Positions 26,276 to 35,956 of a DNA stretch of 46,505 nt are shown here, one piece after another. Source of the stretch: a virus (taxonomy: Duplodnaviria; Caudoviricetes); the IMG/VR virus record IMGVR_UViG_3300043447_000340, positions 1 to 46,505 of that record; one strand, written 5' to 3'. The notes beneath the pieces were generated by a model. It ran no database searches and was not told the origin of the DNA. It worked only from the letters and a program-made list of their open reading frames with translations. Within the stretch, counting starts at the first letter, position 1; the number at the start of each line of letters is the position of its first letter. A program made the position numbers and the translations under genes.

Positions 26276-26962
26276 ATGACACAGACACTCAAAACCTTAG
26301 CCATCGTTGCCGCCGTTTCCACTTTGGCCGCTTGTAGTTCTACCAAATCGCTGACCAACAGTGATGAACCAATTCGCAATCAGCGTTTGGCAACGTCATT
26401 TGTACAAGAAGGCATCAAGATTGAGACTGATTGTGCTTGGTACAAGCCTTGGAAAGGCGATGGCGACTGCGCTATTATCGCTATCGAAGCGACCGCTACT
26501 GCTCCCACAAATGGCGGCACTACTATGAATCGCAAGACTGCGTTCATTCACGCTGGTAACGATGCTCGTGCCAACGTTGCGCACTTTATCAAGGAAGACA
26601 TTACTTCCACTCGTGTCACTAAGACTATTGCCAAGAACGTTGAAAAGGCGCTTGACAAGTTGAACACTCGTAGTGGTGATAGCGACATGGTCGAATTGAC
26701 TGATAAGGAAGTCAATGAGTCCGCCGCTACTGTGAAAGCAGACAATGGTGCTAAGCAAGACACAAACTTGCGTGAGAACAGTAACAACACTGCTCGTTAC
26801 TTGACCACTACCGTTCGTGCTAATTCTACTGCCGTGTTGAAGGGCTTTAAGACTATCAAGCAGGAAGTTGTCGGTCCTCAAGAAGTTGCCGTAACTATCC
26901 GTTGGGACAAAAACAGCGAGGCTGCCTCCAAGTTTCTCGAATCTAAATTTGGTGGCCGTTAA
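26276..26962 (+). CDS. Lipoprotein (LPP20-like)
   Basis: Lipobox LAAC; AAGGA RBS before ATG 26276. Confidence 0.75.
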   Translation: MTQTLKTLAIVAAVSTLAACSSTKSLTNSDEPIRNQRLATSFVQEGIKIETDCAWYKPWKGDGDCAIIAIEATATAPTNGGTTMNRKTAFIHAGNDARANVAHFIKEDITSTRVTKTIAKNVEKALDKLNTRSGDSDMVELTDKEVNESAATVKADNGAKQDTNLRENSNNTARYLTTTVRANSTAVLKGFKTIKQEVVGPQEVAVTIRWDKNSEAASKFLESKFGGR

Positions 26963-26985
26963 TCTACCATTTTTAGGAGAATACT

Positions 26986-28089
26986 ATGAAGCGTATGCTC
27001 GTAGCATTGCTAATGGTGGCTTCGGCCACTGTTAGTGCTCAAGATCCATTCTCTATCGCATCCGTAGCTCTGTCAATTGGTCAGTGGATCACAAAGAACT
27101 CAACAAGGGTTTATTACGTAAAGGTAAAAAGCGAAGGCTTGACAGAAGATGAAGCCAGACGCAATGGTTTTTCATTCGCTATTGACCAAGCTGTTGGTAC
27201 TGTTATTGTTAGTGAGCGTGAGAGTAGCAAGCGTGACCTGATTCGTGCTGATGTTATCAACTACAGTAGTGGCTATGTCGAGGACTTCAAAGTTCTAGAC
27301 CGTCAAGTCATTGGTCGCACTCACGTTGTTACCATGGACGTATGGGTAAGTCACAGTAAGATTGCGGAACGTGCGCTTGCTCTGGGTGAATCTAGTGGTA
27401 GCACTATGAATCAACAGAAATTGACAAGCGACTGGGAACGTGAAAAAGCAAAACTGGTAACTGATGCTGAGCGTTCACGCCAAGCTGGTCGGTTGTTTAC
27501 TTCTATCTTGAATGACTATCATCGCATGGCTTACAACGTTGAAGTTGTTAGCATGAAGGTAGCAGAGACTAGCTACAAGCGTCCTTACTATGGTTTGACT
27601 ACTAGCCAATCATTTATTGTCAGTACTAAAATCAAAGGCAACGACAAGTATTTTGATGCCCTCAAAGAAGCTATCAAAACTACTAACGAAGAAGGCTATC
27701 ATAATGAAAAATGGACAGTTCGCTTAGGTGGACTGTTTGGTAGTGCTCGTGGTGGTTGGAAGGACAAGTCTATTCAGGAAAGTTTTATCAATGCGTTTGA
27801 TCCTCGTAACACTCAAGTGATGGTCAAATTTATTGGTGCTACAAATCCAAGAGCCGCTTGCTATGACTTATCTGACAAGCACTTCGAAGGGTCTCTTGGA
27901 TACGAGAAGAAGCCAAATGGTTGGGATGAACGTGTTTATCAAATCCCATCAAGTTTCAATTATGAAACTAACTTTATCTTGCCTCGTAGGGAAGATCAAT
28001 CTGAGGACCAATTTATTCAGTGGGTTCAATCAGTAAAAGGAGTCGAGATTGAATTTGTTAATCCAAGTAAATGTCGAGTCCGTAGCTAA
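26986..28089 (+). CDS. Secreted protein, FlgT/LPP20-like N-terminal domain
   Basis: Signal peptide; G.TEDEARRN.F..AIDQAVG..I.SE...YSSGYV. Confidence 0.65.
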   Translation: MKRMLVALLMVASATVSAQDPFSIASVALSIGQWITKNSTRVYYVKVKSEGLTEDEARRNGFSFAIDQAVGTVIVSERESSKRDLIRADVINYSSGYVEDFKVLDRQVIGRTHVVTMDVWVSHSKIAERALALGESSGSTMNQQKLTSDWEREKAKLVTDAERSRQAGRLFTSILNDYHRMAYNVEVVSMKVAETSYKRPYYGLTTSQSFIVSTKIKGNDKYFDALKEAIKTTNEEGYHNEKWTVRLGGLFGSARGGWKDKSIQESFINAFDPRNTQVMVKFIGATNPRAACYDLSDKHFEGSLGYEKKPNGWDERVYQIPSSFNYETNFILPRREDQSEDQFIQWVQSVKGVEIEFVNPSKCRVRS

Positions 28090-28105
28090 CAAAGATAAGT
28101 AATAC

Positions 28106-29305
28106 ATGAGCGAAATTCACAAAATTAAAGAATGTAGTTTTTGTGGTAAACACAAAGACGCGGTAAAGAAACTAATCGTTGGAGATGGCACCGCTATCTG
28201 TAGCGATTGTATCGAACTCTGTACAGACTTGTTGAAAGACGAGACTGATACAAAAGAAGCTGGTGGTAATTCGCTCTACCCTGATGATATCAAAGCCTAT
28301 CTTGACCAGTATGTTATTGGTCAAGATCGTGCTAAGATGATTCTAAGCGTAGCTGTTGCTAATCATTACAAACGTATTAACAATAAGTCAGATATCAATG
28401 TTACTAAAGCCAATATTTTGGTGCTTGGTCCGACTGGTAGCGGCAAGACGTTACTTGCTAAGACGGTTGCTCGGTACCTTGATGTACCCTTTGTGGTTGC
28501 CGATGCCACATCACTTACCGAAGCTGGCTATGTGGGTGATGATGTTGAGAGTATGATTATTCGCCTTGTTGCCGCGGCTGATGGCGACATTGAGAAGGCA
28601 CAACGTGGTATCGTATTCGTTGACGAAATCGATAAGATTGCTCGTAAGTCGGAGTCAACATCTATCACTCGTGACGTTAGTGGCGAAGGAGTTCAACAAG
28701 CCTTACTCAAACTTGTAGAGGGCACAGTTTGCCGTATCCCACAAAGCGGCCGTCGCAAGAATCCTGGTTCGGATATGCTAGAAGTTGACACTACTAACAT
28801 TCTGTTCATTGCTGGTGGTGCTTTCGTCGGCATGGAAGACATTATTGGTAAGCGTGTTGATGGCGGCGGCATCGGCTTCTCTAACAAGCTAAAGAACAAG
28901 ACACAAGACAAACAGCGTTACTTTGAACAGTTGACACCCGATGACTTAACCTCATTCGGTATGATTCCTGAATTCACGGGACGTTTTACTAGTCGTGTGT
29001 ATATCAATGAGTTGACTAAAGAACAGTTGATTCAGATTCTAACCGACGTTAAGAACTCATACATTCAACAGTATGTATACTTGCTAGGCTTAGACAACAT
29101 GGAGCTAGAATTTACACCCGAGGCTATCGAACAGATTGCGGAAAACTGCTTGAAGATGAAGACTGGTGCTCGTGGTTTACATAGTGAGATTGAGCGTGTA
29201 CTACTACCTGCTATGTATAACATTCAGCGCATCAAAAACTCAGGCGTGAAAAAGATTGTTGTCACACGTGAAGCAGTCGCCGATCCTGAACTTTTGGCAA
29301 AATAA
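28106..29305 (+). CDS. clpX: ClpX AAA+ unfoldase
   Basis: CSFC/CSDC zinc domain, [37 protein letters not shown] loop, TGARGL. Confidence 0.95.
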   Translation: MSEIHKIKECSFCGKHKDAVKKLIVGDGTAICSDCIELCTDLLKDETDTKEAGGNSLYPDDIKAYLDQYVIGQDRAKMILSVAVANHYKRINNKSDINVTKANILVLGPTGSGKTLLAKTVARYLDVPFVVADATSLTEAGYVGDDVESMIIRLVAAADGDIEKAQRGIVFVDEIDKIARKSESTSITRDVSGEGVQQALLKLVEGTVCRIPQSGRRKNPGSDMLEVDTTNILFIAGGAFVGMEDIIGKRVDGGGIGFSNKLKNKTQDKQRYFEQLTPDDLTSFGMIPEFTGRFTSRVYINELTKEQLIQILTDVKNSYIQQYVYLLGLDNMELEFTPEAIEQIAENCLKMKTGARGLHSEIERVLLPAMYNIQRIKNSGVKKIVVTREAVADPELLAK

Positions 29306-29350
29306 AATAAAATATACGTATATTATCCCTCTTATAAGGGATAAATAATT

Positions 29351-29398
29351 TTGTAGATGCTTCGGGTCTACAATCAAAATCTTGCTTTTTAAAGGAGA
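29351..29398 (+). promoter_or_regulatory. ROSE-like RNA thermometer candidate in dnaK leader
   Basis: cUUCGg hairpin 29351-29373; UCUUGCUU pairs with AAGGAGA leaving a bulged G. Confidence 0.6.
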
Positions 29399-29403
29399 AA
29401 AAT

Positions 29404-31281
29404 ATGAGCAAAGTAATCGGTATCGACCTAGGTACCACCAATAGTTGCGTTGCCGTCATCGAGAACGGCACTGTTAAAGTAATCGAAAACAGTGAAGGCG
29501 CAAGAACCACCCCCTCAATCGTAGCATACACACAAGATGAAATCTTGGTCGGCGCTTCTGCTAAGCGTCAGAGTGTTACGAATCCTAAAAACACTATCTA
29601 TGCCGCTAAGCGACTAATTGGACGCAAGTTCAAGGAAGACGCGGTACAGAAGGATATCGACTTGATGCCTTACACTATCATGGAAGCCAAGAACGGTGAC
29701 GCATGGGTAAAGGCACAAGACAAGGAACTAGCACCGCCACAGATTAGTGCCGAAGTGCTACGTAAAATGAAACAAACAGCAGAGGATTATCTAGGACATG
29801 AAGTTACTCAAGCTGTCATCACAGTACCTGCTTACTTCAACGATAGTCAACGTCAAGCAACTAAAGATGCTGGCAAGATTGCTGGCTTAGAAGTTCTACG
29901 TATTATTAACGAGCCTACAGCCGCCGCTCTTGCGTATGGTGTTGACAAAGCTACTAAAGGTGACCGCAAAGTTGCTGTTTACGACCTTGGTGGTGGCACA
30001 TTCGACGTATCAATCATTGAAATCGCGGATCTTGATGGTGAGAAGCAAATTGAAGTTCTATCAACCAACGGTGATACTTTCCTAGGCGGTGAAGACTTTG
30101 ACCAGCGTATCATGGACTTCATCATTGATGAATTCAAAAAGGACAGCGGTGTTGACTTGAGCAAGGATGTTCTAGCACTACAGCGCCTAAAAGAAGCCGC
30201 AGAGAAGGCAAAAATTGAACTATCAAGTTCAGCACAAACAGATGTAAACTTACCATACATCACAGCAGATGCTAGTGGTCCTAAACACCTAAACGTCAAG
30301 CTAACTCGTGCTAAGTTCGAATCACTTGTTGACGAACTAATCGAGCGTTCATTAGCACCATGCCGTACAGCTATGAAGGATGCTGGTGTATCTACTAGCG
30401 ACATTGACGAAGTTATCTTGGTCGGTGGTCAAACTCGTATGCCTAAAGTACAAGAGGCAGTTGAGAAGTTATTTGGTAAAGCACCGCGTAAAGATGTAAA
30501 CCCTGATGAAGCAGTTGCCGCTGGCGCCGCTATTCAAGGCAGTGTACTCGCAGGTGATCGTAAAGACGTTCTACTCTTAGACGTTACACCACTATCACTA
30601 GGCATCGAAACTATGGGCGGTGTATTCACTAAGTTGATTCAGAAGAATACTACTATCCCTACTAAAGCAAGTCAAGTGTTCTCTACTGCCGAAGACAATC
30701 AACCAGCAGTTGATATCAAGGTAGCACAGGGTGAGCGTGAACTATTCAAGTTCAACAAAGCACTAGGAGAGTTCAAACTAGACGGCATCGCTCCTGCTCG
30801 TCGTGGTCAACCACAGATTGAAGTTACATTCGACATTGATGCTAACGGCATTATGAAGATTTCGGCTAAAGACAAGGGCACCGGCAAAGAAAACAAAATC
30901 ACAATCAAGAGTGATTCAGGCTTGAGCGAAGCAGAGATCCAACGCATGGTTCAAGAAGCCGCTGACAATGCTGAAAGCGACAAGAAAGCTAAAGAGCTAA
31001 TCGAAGCCCGTAATCGTGCTGAAGGTGCTCTCGCTAATCTAAAGCGTGACGCTAAGGATGTTACAATCTCTGACGAAGACAAGGCTAACTTTGATGACGC
31101 TGTTGCTAACGTCGAACAAGCTGTTGCTGGTGAAGATGTTGCCGCTATCGATAAAGCTATCGAGAAAGTCTATGAAGCTGCCGCGCCTATCTATGCTGAA
31201 ATCAACAAGAAAGCAGAAGCAGAAGTCAACGCTAAATCTGATGACGGCGTTGTAGACGCAGAAGTTAAGGAGGCACAATAA
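29404..31281 (+). CDS. dnaK: Hsp70 chaperone DnaK
   Basis: [50 protein letters not shown] tail. Confidence 0.97.
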   Translation: MSKVIGIDLGTTNSCVAVIENGTVKVIENSEGARTTPSIVAYTQDEILVGASAKRQSVTNPKNTIYAAKRLIGRKFKEDAVQKDIDLMPYTIMEAKNGDAWVKAQDKELAPPQISAEVLRKMKQTAEDYLGHEVTQAVITVPAYFNDSQRQATKDAGKIAGLEVLRIINEPTAAALAYGVDKATKGDRKVAVYDLGGGTFDVSIIEIADLDGEKQIEVLSTNGDTFLGGEDFDQRIMDFIIDEFKKDSGVDLSKDVLALQRLKEAAEKAKIELSSSAQTDVNLPYITADASGPKHLNVKLTRAKFESLVDELIERSLAPCRTAMKDAGVSTSDIDEVILVGGQTRMPKVQEAVEKLFGKAPRKDVNPDEAVAAGAAIQGSVLAGDRKDVLLLDVTPLSLGIETMGGVFTKLIQKNTTIPTKASQVFSTAEDNQPAVDIKVAQGERELFKFNKALGEFKLDGIAPARRGQPQIEVTFDIDANGIMKISAKDKGTGKENKITIKSDSGLSEAEIQRMVQEAADNAESDKKAKELIEARNRAEGALANLKRDAKDVTISDEDKANFDDAVANVEQAVAGEDVAAIDKAIEKVYEAAAPIYAEINKKAEAEVNAKSDDGVVDAEVKEAQ

Positions 31282-31721
31282 TGAGCCGCACCTTAACACT
31301 CCGCAGTCTAGATATCCCTAGCATCCACAAGTTTGGCATCGGTTTCGACAACATGATGGAAGAGTTGATGCGAATGACTGAGGCTCAGCACACTAACTAT
31401 CCGCCATACAACATTCTCCGTATTGACGAGAATGAGTTTGTAATTCAGGTAGCAGTTGCTGGCTTTGGCGAGGACGAAATTCGCATCACAGTTGAGCGTA
31501 ATATTCTAACTATCATTGGTGAGAAATTGACCGCTGAACCACCAGTCGAGTATATCTACAAGGGTATCTCTGACCGTGTGTTCAAGAAGGAGTTTACACT
31601 CGCCGAGCACGTAGAAGTTCGTGAGGCTGCGGTTACTAACGGTATTCTAGGCATTAGTTTGCGTAGACTTATTCCTGAAACCCATGCTCCAAAAACGATT
31701 GACATCAAGTTTAACAAGTGA
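31281..31721 (+). CDS. Small heat shock protein (Hsp20/IbpA-like)
   Basis: GIGFD, NYPPYNI, AVAGF, YKGIS.R.F, NGILGI. Confidence 0.9.
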   Translation: MSRTLTLRSLDIPSIHKFGIGFDNMMEELMRMTEAQHTNYPPYNILRIDENEFVIQVAVAGFGEDEIRITVERNILTIIGEKLTAEPPVEYIYKGISDRVFKKEFTLAEHVEVREAAVTNGILGISLRRLIPETHAPKTIDIKFNK

Positions 31722-31754
31722 TATAATAAATACTGTTATAACCTGGAGAAAAAC

Positions 31755-32057
31755 ATGGCAAGTGTAGACACAAAAGAAAAAATCAAGACCAATCTCAAGC
31801 TAAAAGAGCCTGGTATGTTCAAGGTAGTTTATCTAAACGATGAAGTCACTACTATGGAATTCGTAGTCGGTAGTCTAATGACCTACTTTAACTACGACGA
31901 GAAAAACGCTTTTGATCGTACGGTTGCCATTCATCAAGAGGGTAGCGCAGTTGTGGCAGTAATGCCTTATGAACTTGCTGAACAAAAAGGTGTGGAAGTT
32001 CAGACTGAAGCTCAGAATCATGGCTTCCCACTACAAGTCAAGATTGAATCGGAATAA
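31755..32057 (+). CDS. clpS: Clp protease adaptor ClpS
   Basis: FKVVYLNDEVTTMEFVV, IHQEG, ELAEQK, GFPLQV. Confidence 0.9.
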   Translation: MASVDTKEKIKTNLKLKEPGMFKVVYLNDEVTTMEFVVGSLMTYFNYDEKNAFDRTVAIHQEGSAVVAVMPYELAEQKGVEVQTEAQNHGFPLQVKIESE

Positions 32058-32070
32058 GAGGATATTAGGC

Positions 32071-32104
32071 AACACAAAAGGGACCAGGTGGTCCCTTTTG
32101 TGTT
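32071..32104. terminator. Bidirectional terminator between convergent genes
   Basis: Perfect 16-bp IR AACACAAAAGGGACCA/TGGTCCCTTTTGTGTT. Confidence 0.9.
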
Positions 32105-32116
32105 TTTAAGTGTTGA

Positions 32117-32428
32117 TTACTTAGGTGTTTTTGGAGCACGTGGTTTACGTGGTGCTTTTGCCTTAACAACTTTGAGTGAAGGTGCTTTTGGCTTGGCTGC
32201 TCTAGGTGCTTTAGCTTTAGCAGGTGCTTTTGCTTTAGTTGCTTTTACTGGCTTAGCTTCCTGTACTGGAATTTGAGCGATGGCAACGTCAGCATAGTCT
32301 TTGATAGGATCTACTGGAGCCTCTACCTTGTATGGTGCTGGGTTTGATGCTTCTTCAACAACTTTCTTGTTGCGGAAGACATAGAACGCAATACCTGCGA
32401 TGATTACTAAACCGATTACGATATCCAT
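32117..32428 (-). CDS. Membrane-anchored protein with Lys/Ala/Pro-rich (histone H1-like) tail
   Basis: N-terminal TM; KAKAP repeats; AAGGAG RBS and CTAAATA upstream. Confidence 0.8.
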   Translation of the reverse strand: MDIVIGLVIIAGIAFYVFRNKKVVEEASNPAPYKVEAPVDPIKDYADVAIAQIPVQEAKPVKATKAKAPAKAKAPRAAKPKAPSLKVVKAKAPRKPRAPKTPK

Positions 32429-32512
32429 AATATTCTCCTTAAATGTACATTGGATACTAATATTTAGAACGGTATCAGTTTATCCAAAAATTTTATTTTC
32501 TACCAAAAACAG

Positions 32513-32541
32513 TTGACTCTAACTGGCATCTAATGTAAAAT
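32513..32541 (+). promoter_or_regulatory. sigma70-type promoter
   Basis: TTGACT-17bp-TAAAAT. Confidence 0.65.
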
Positions 32542-32547
32542 AGACAA

Positions 32548-33192
32548 ATGAGCAAAACAAAGACACCCATGGCTAGTGACGATATTAACGACAGAATTGG
32601 TGGCGCTAATCCATCTCTTCAAGACTGCGGCATGTATGTATTCATGGACGAAGTTGATTCGGATAGTGTAGCACCTATCATCGAATGGATTCTCGAACAG
32701 AACTACGTAGTGCCCGTAGCTGAGCGTAAGCAAGAATTGCTACTAATGATTTGTAGCGAGGGCGGCGAACTTGCCTCAGCATTTGCCTTGATTGACGTAA
32801 TGCGTTCGAGTGCTATCCCTATCAAGACGGTAGGACTAGGTCAGATCGCATCATCGGGCTTACTAATCTTTATGACAGGCGCAAAAGGTCGCCGTGTCTT
32901 AACACCAAACACATCTATCTTATCGCATCAATTCTCGTGGGCTAACGAAGGTAAAGCACACGAATTGTTTGCCACGGTGCGTGAGTATGACCTAACACAA
33001 AAGCGTATGCTTGAACACTATCGTAGTTGTACGCACCTCTCTGATGCTAAAATCAAAGAGTTCTTGCTACCCGCACAAGACAGATGGCTAGATGCCCACG
33101 AAGCACTCAAGCTAGGCATCTGCGATAAAATTTCTTATCCTCAACACTATCATCAACCTAAACCAACCACAAAGAAAGCGAGAGCAAAATGA
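32548..33192 (+). CDS. Divergent ClpP-family serine protease
   Basis: ICSEGG, GQIASSG (Ser), LSHQ (His), QDRWL (Asp), EALKLGICD. Confidence 0.85.
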   Translation: MSKTKTPMASDDINDRIGGANPSLQDCGMYVFMDEVDSDSVAPIIEWILEQNYVVPVAERKQELLLMICSEGGELASAFALIDVMRSSAIPIKTVGLGQIASSGLLIFMTGAKGRRVLTPNTSILSHQFSWANEGKAHELFATVREYDLTQKRMLEHYRSCTHLSDAKIKEFLLPAQDRWLDAHEALKLGICDKISYPQHYHQPKPTTKKARAK

Positions 33193-33815
33193 GTTTAATC
33201 CCTATGGTCGTAGAGCAAACCTCAAAAGGTGAGCGTAGTTATGACATTTATTCACGACTACTACGTGACCGTATTGTTATGCTACACACTGATGTAAATG
33301 AGCATAGCGCCTCTGTTATCGTAGCACAGTTGCTGTTCTTAGAAGCTGAGAACCCTGACAAAGACATTGCTTTTTATATTAACTCACCTGGCGGCTCGGT
33401 GACTGCCGGCTTGAGTATCTATGACACTATGCAGTTTATCAAGTGCGATATCAACACTATTGTTATGGGTCAAGCGGCTTCAATGGGCTCGTTCTTAGCT
33501 CAAGCAGGCACAGCAGGCAAGCGTTTCGTACTACCTCAGTCACGTACTATGATTCATCGTGTTAGTTCAGGTACACCAGGCACTCGCGGTTCAGTTCACG
33601 TACAAGAACTACAGTTTGAAGATGCTCGTCGCACCTACGAAGAATCACAGCGTATCAACAAGCGATTGACTGAATTGTATGTCAAGCACAACACTGCGGG
33701 CAAGTCATATGAAGAGTTGTATGAAGCAATGAAGTTTGATACCTTCCTATCGGCAGAAGAAGCAGTTCAGTACGGCTTAGCTGACCGTGTTATTGAGAAT
33801 CGAGACTCACTATGA
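33189..33815 (+). CDS. clpP: ClpP proteolytic subunit
   Basis: [49 protein letters not shown]. Confidence 0.95.
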   Translation: MSLIPMVVEQTSKGERSYDIYSRLLRDRIVMLHTDVNEHSASVIVAQLLFLEAENPDKDIAFYINSPGGSVTAGLSIYDTMQFIKCDINTIVMGQAASMGSFLAQAGTAGKRFVLPQSRTMIHRVSSGTPGTRGSVHVQELQFEDARRTYEESQRINKRLTELYVKHNTAGKSYEELYEAMKFDTFLSAEEAVQYGLADRVIENRDSL

Positions 33816-34273
33816 ACGACGAACTAGATTACGATGCGTACTACCGTGTCGTTCAACTACTAATTGACACAATGTGGCGGGACTCAGAGGATCTTGAAAT
33901 TGGTCGAGATATCTCCGACATTCCCGCAGTCAAGATTATCTTTGACGGCTACGGTGATCTTGAAGATGAAGACGAGAACGGTGAGTATCGCTATACTGAG
34001 GGCGGCAATAAGAACATGGAGTCGTATGCCCTGTTTATTCACAAGGATAGTGCTCAGCCCGACTTTGTATTTCCTGAGCATGAACTATCTCCATGGTGCC
34101 TAATTCATCGACCCGCTGAAGAAGTCTGTATTCACATTTGGTACGATGTGGAGAACGATGACTGGTCAATCAACTCCCTTGATGAAACGATGGAGCACGA
34201 AATGACTGATGCGGAGGTGATTGAGATCCTAAAGAGTTTGGAAGAGCAGTGGTTCAAAGACAACACAATATGA
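33812..34273 (+). CDS. Acidic hypothetical protein
   Basis: ATGA overlap with clpP. Confidence 0.75.
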   Translation: MNDELDYDAYYRVVQLLIDTMWRDSEDLEIGRDISDIPAVKIIFDGYGDLEDEDENGEYRYTEGGNKNMESYALFIHKDSAQPDFVFPEHELSPWCLIHRPAEEVCIHIWYDVENDDWSINSLDETMEHEMTDAEVIEILKSLEEQWFKDNTI

Positions 34274-34282
34274 AAGATTGTC

Positions 34283-34495
34283 ATGTTTGAATTAAGAACT
34301 GTAATTGAAAACGACAATGGAACAATCACTGTTGTTTATCCAATACCCGATGATGTTGAAGAATATGATACTATGGGGAATAGAAAGAGAATTAACATAG
34401 AGCGTTGGAATTACCCTGATAATGTCGGGCCACTTACCGTGATGACAAGAGTATCCATCGAAAAGTTCATGTTAGGTCCTATCAAAGATAAATAA
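34283..34495 (+). CDS. Hypothetical protein
   Basis: Fills operon gap. Confidence 0.55.
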   Translation: MFELRTVIENDNGTITVVYPIPDDVEEYDTMGNRKRINIERWNYPDNVGPLTVMTRVSIEKFMLGPIKDK

Positions 34496-34561
34496 GTTTG
34501 TTATGTGAGGGACCAACCTGCCCTTGATAACAAACTTAAATTAACTTAAAGGAAACCTAAA

Positions 34562-35479
34562 ATGAAATCAATTCATGATTATCACCTGTCCGTTGGCGCC
34601 CTGCTATCTGACATTAAACATTCTCTATACAAAGCACCTCTAAACAGAGGGCAATTATACATTGCGTCTGCCCCTCTCTTACCCACTATACAAGCACACT
34701 TAGATAAACTCAAAGAAGAGTATCGAGTTCCGTACGAGATTGTCACCGATGACAGTAAACCCTTAGCCGTATATAGTGGCTTATGGCGGGCAACACAAGC
34801 ATATAATCGCTTTAAAGATTTAGCAACCGTTGCTCCTGATGGATATCAACCATCATTCCCATTCTTGGTATTAGTTAATCCATCCATAGAGGGCGGGTTT
34901 CCTTATAATATCGTCAGTGATGCTCTTAGTGATAGCGATCCGTTCTTAGAGCCTGGAGATATGGACAGTAGTTTTGAGAAATCTGTTGAACATTATAATA
35001 TGTACAACGCTACCTCATTACCGACAAGTTTCTCGTGTAAGTGTAATATTATTATCATTACCGATGTTGATATGTCATGGAGACCAGAACCGTATCAGGG
35101 TGGTCTGCTACCTGCCGGCAATACCGAGGACAAGGCATTCGTTAAGGCAGCCATAGAATTTCATCGCCTAAAAGACGAGCACGATGAGCGAGTTAATCCT
35201 AAAAAAATCAACTACCGGGGAATGAATAGTTTGTTCAATAAGGCTACCAGAACTTGGATTCGTCCTGACTTTGTTGTAGAAGAGGATACAGAAACAACAC
35301 TTGTGGAATCATATAAGAAGGTATTTGACGCTAATGCTGGTCGTTCTGTATTGGCGGATTTGGAACGGGTGGCTAACCAAACTAAGATTGACGCAAATAG
35401 TCCTGATAGTAATGCGGCTGTATGGAAATGTGCTCAGTTAGCACTAATCCAGCGTGTCAGGAATCAGTTGGAAAAGTAG
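34562..35479 (+). CDS. Hypothetical protein, possibly a two-domain fusion
   Basis: AAGGA RBS, late motif at 34487; C-terminal YKKVF...GRSVLADL. Confidence 0.7.
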   Translation: MKSIHDYHLSVGALLSDIKHSLYKAPLNRGQLYIASAPLLPTIQAHLDKLKEEYRVPYEIVTDDSKPLAVYSGLWRATQAYNRFKDLATVAPDGYQPSFPFLVLVNPSIEGGFPYNIVSDALSDSDPFLEPGDMDSSFEKSVEHYNMYNATSLPTSFSCKCNIIIITDVDMSWRPEPYQGGLLPAGNTEDKAFVKAAIEFHRLKDEHDERVNPKKINYRGMNSLFNKATRTWIRPDFVVEEDTETTLVESYKKVFDANAGRSVLADLERVANQTKIDANSPDSNAAVWKCAQLALIQRVRNQLEK

Positions 35480-35501
35480 TACTTAGGTATTACATTTTGG
35501 T

Positions 35502-35528
35502 GGGCCTACCGTGGGCGGGCCCTTTTTT
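35502..35528 (+). terminator. Rho-independent terminator
   Basis: GGGCCTACC-GTG-GGCGGGCCC plus T6. Confidence 0.75.
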
Positions 35529-35544
35529 ATTGAAAAAGTTGCTA

Positions 35545-35593
35545 TAGTACTTGACAATAAATCCCATTCCTGCTACAATACTTGTATTGAAAC
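35545..35593 (+). repeat. 49-bp early-promoter cassette identical to 7807-7855
   Basis: -35 at 35551, -10 at 35574. Confidence 0.9.
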
Positions 35594-35609
35594 TGATAAG
35601 GAGATAGTT

Positions 35610-35789
35610 ATGTCCCAACTCGTTGATACCCGCGTAATCGAAATCAATCCCGGCGAATGGATAGCTCAGTTCATGGGCGGCTTTGGCTGGACCCAACTAG
35701 GAGATGAATACTTTAGTACTCAGTCTGATGCTCAGGCGTTTCTGGACGACCAAATCGATTCGGCAGACCTCGAAGAAGATAGCGAATAA
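35610..35789 (+). CDS. 59-aa acidic early protein
   Basis: AAGGAG RBS before ATG 35610; own promoter. Confidence 0.7.
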   Translation: MSQLVDTRVIEINPGEWIAQFMGGFGWTQLGDEYFSTQSDAQAFLDDQIDSADLEEDSE

Positions 35790-35818
35790 TTGACAATAAA
35801 TGGAATACCTGCTATAAT
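35790..35818 (+). promoter_or_regulatory. sigma70-type early promoter (repeated cassette)
   Basis: TTGACA-17bp-TATAAT. Confidence 0.85.
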
Positions 35819-35889
35819 TATTCCATACCAAGTAGAGAACGAGTCCCGAACTGTTCTCACTCTACTTCCAAAGTCCTAACAGTTCCAAT

Positions 35890-35918
35890 TTGACAATAAA
35901 TCGTTAACCTGATACAAT
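35890..35918 (+). promoter_or_regulatory. sigma70-type early promoter (repeated cassette)
   Basis: TTGACA-17bp-TACAAT-ACTTGTAT. Confidence 0.85.
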
Positions 35919-35956
35919 ACTTGTATCGAAATTGATAAACAATCAAAGGAATCAAA

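Noticed and set aside
28106-33815. Bacterial chromosome or chimeric assembly at the chaperone cluster
   Set aside because: Gene order is not bacterial (no tig, lon, dnaJ, grpE or clpA) and the genes use the same phage promoter motifs as their neighbours.
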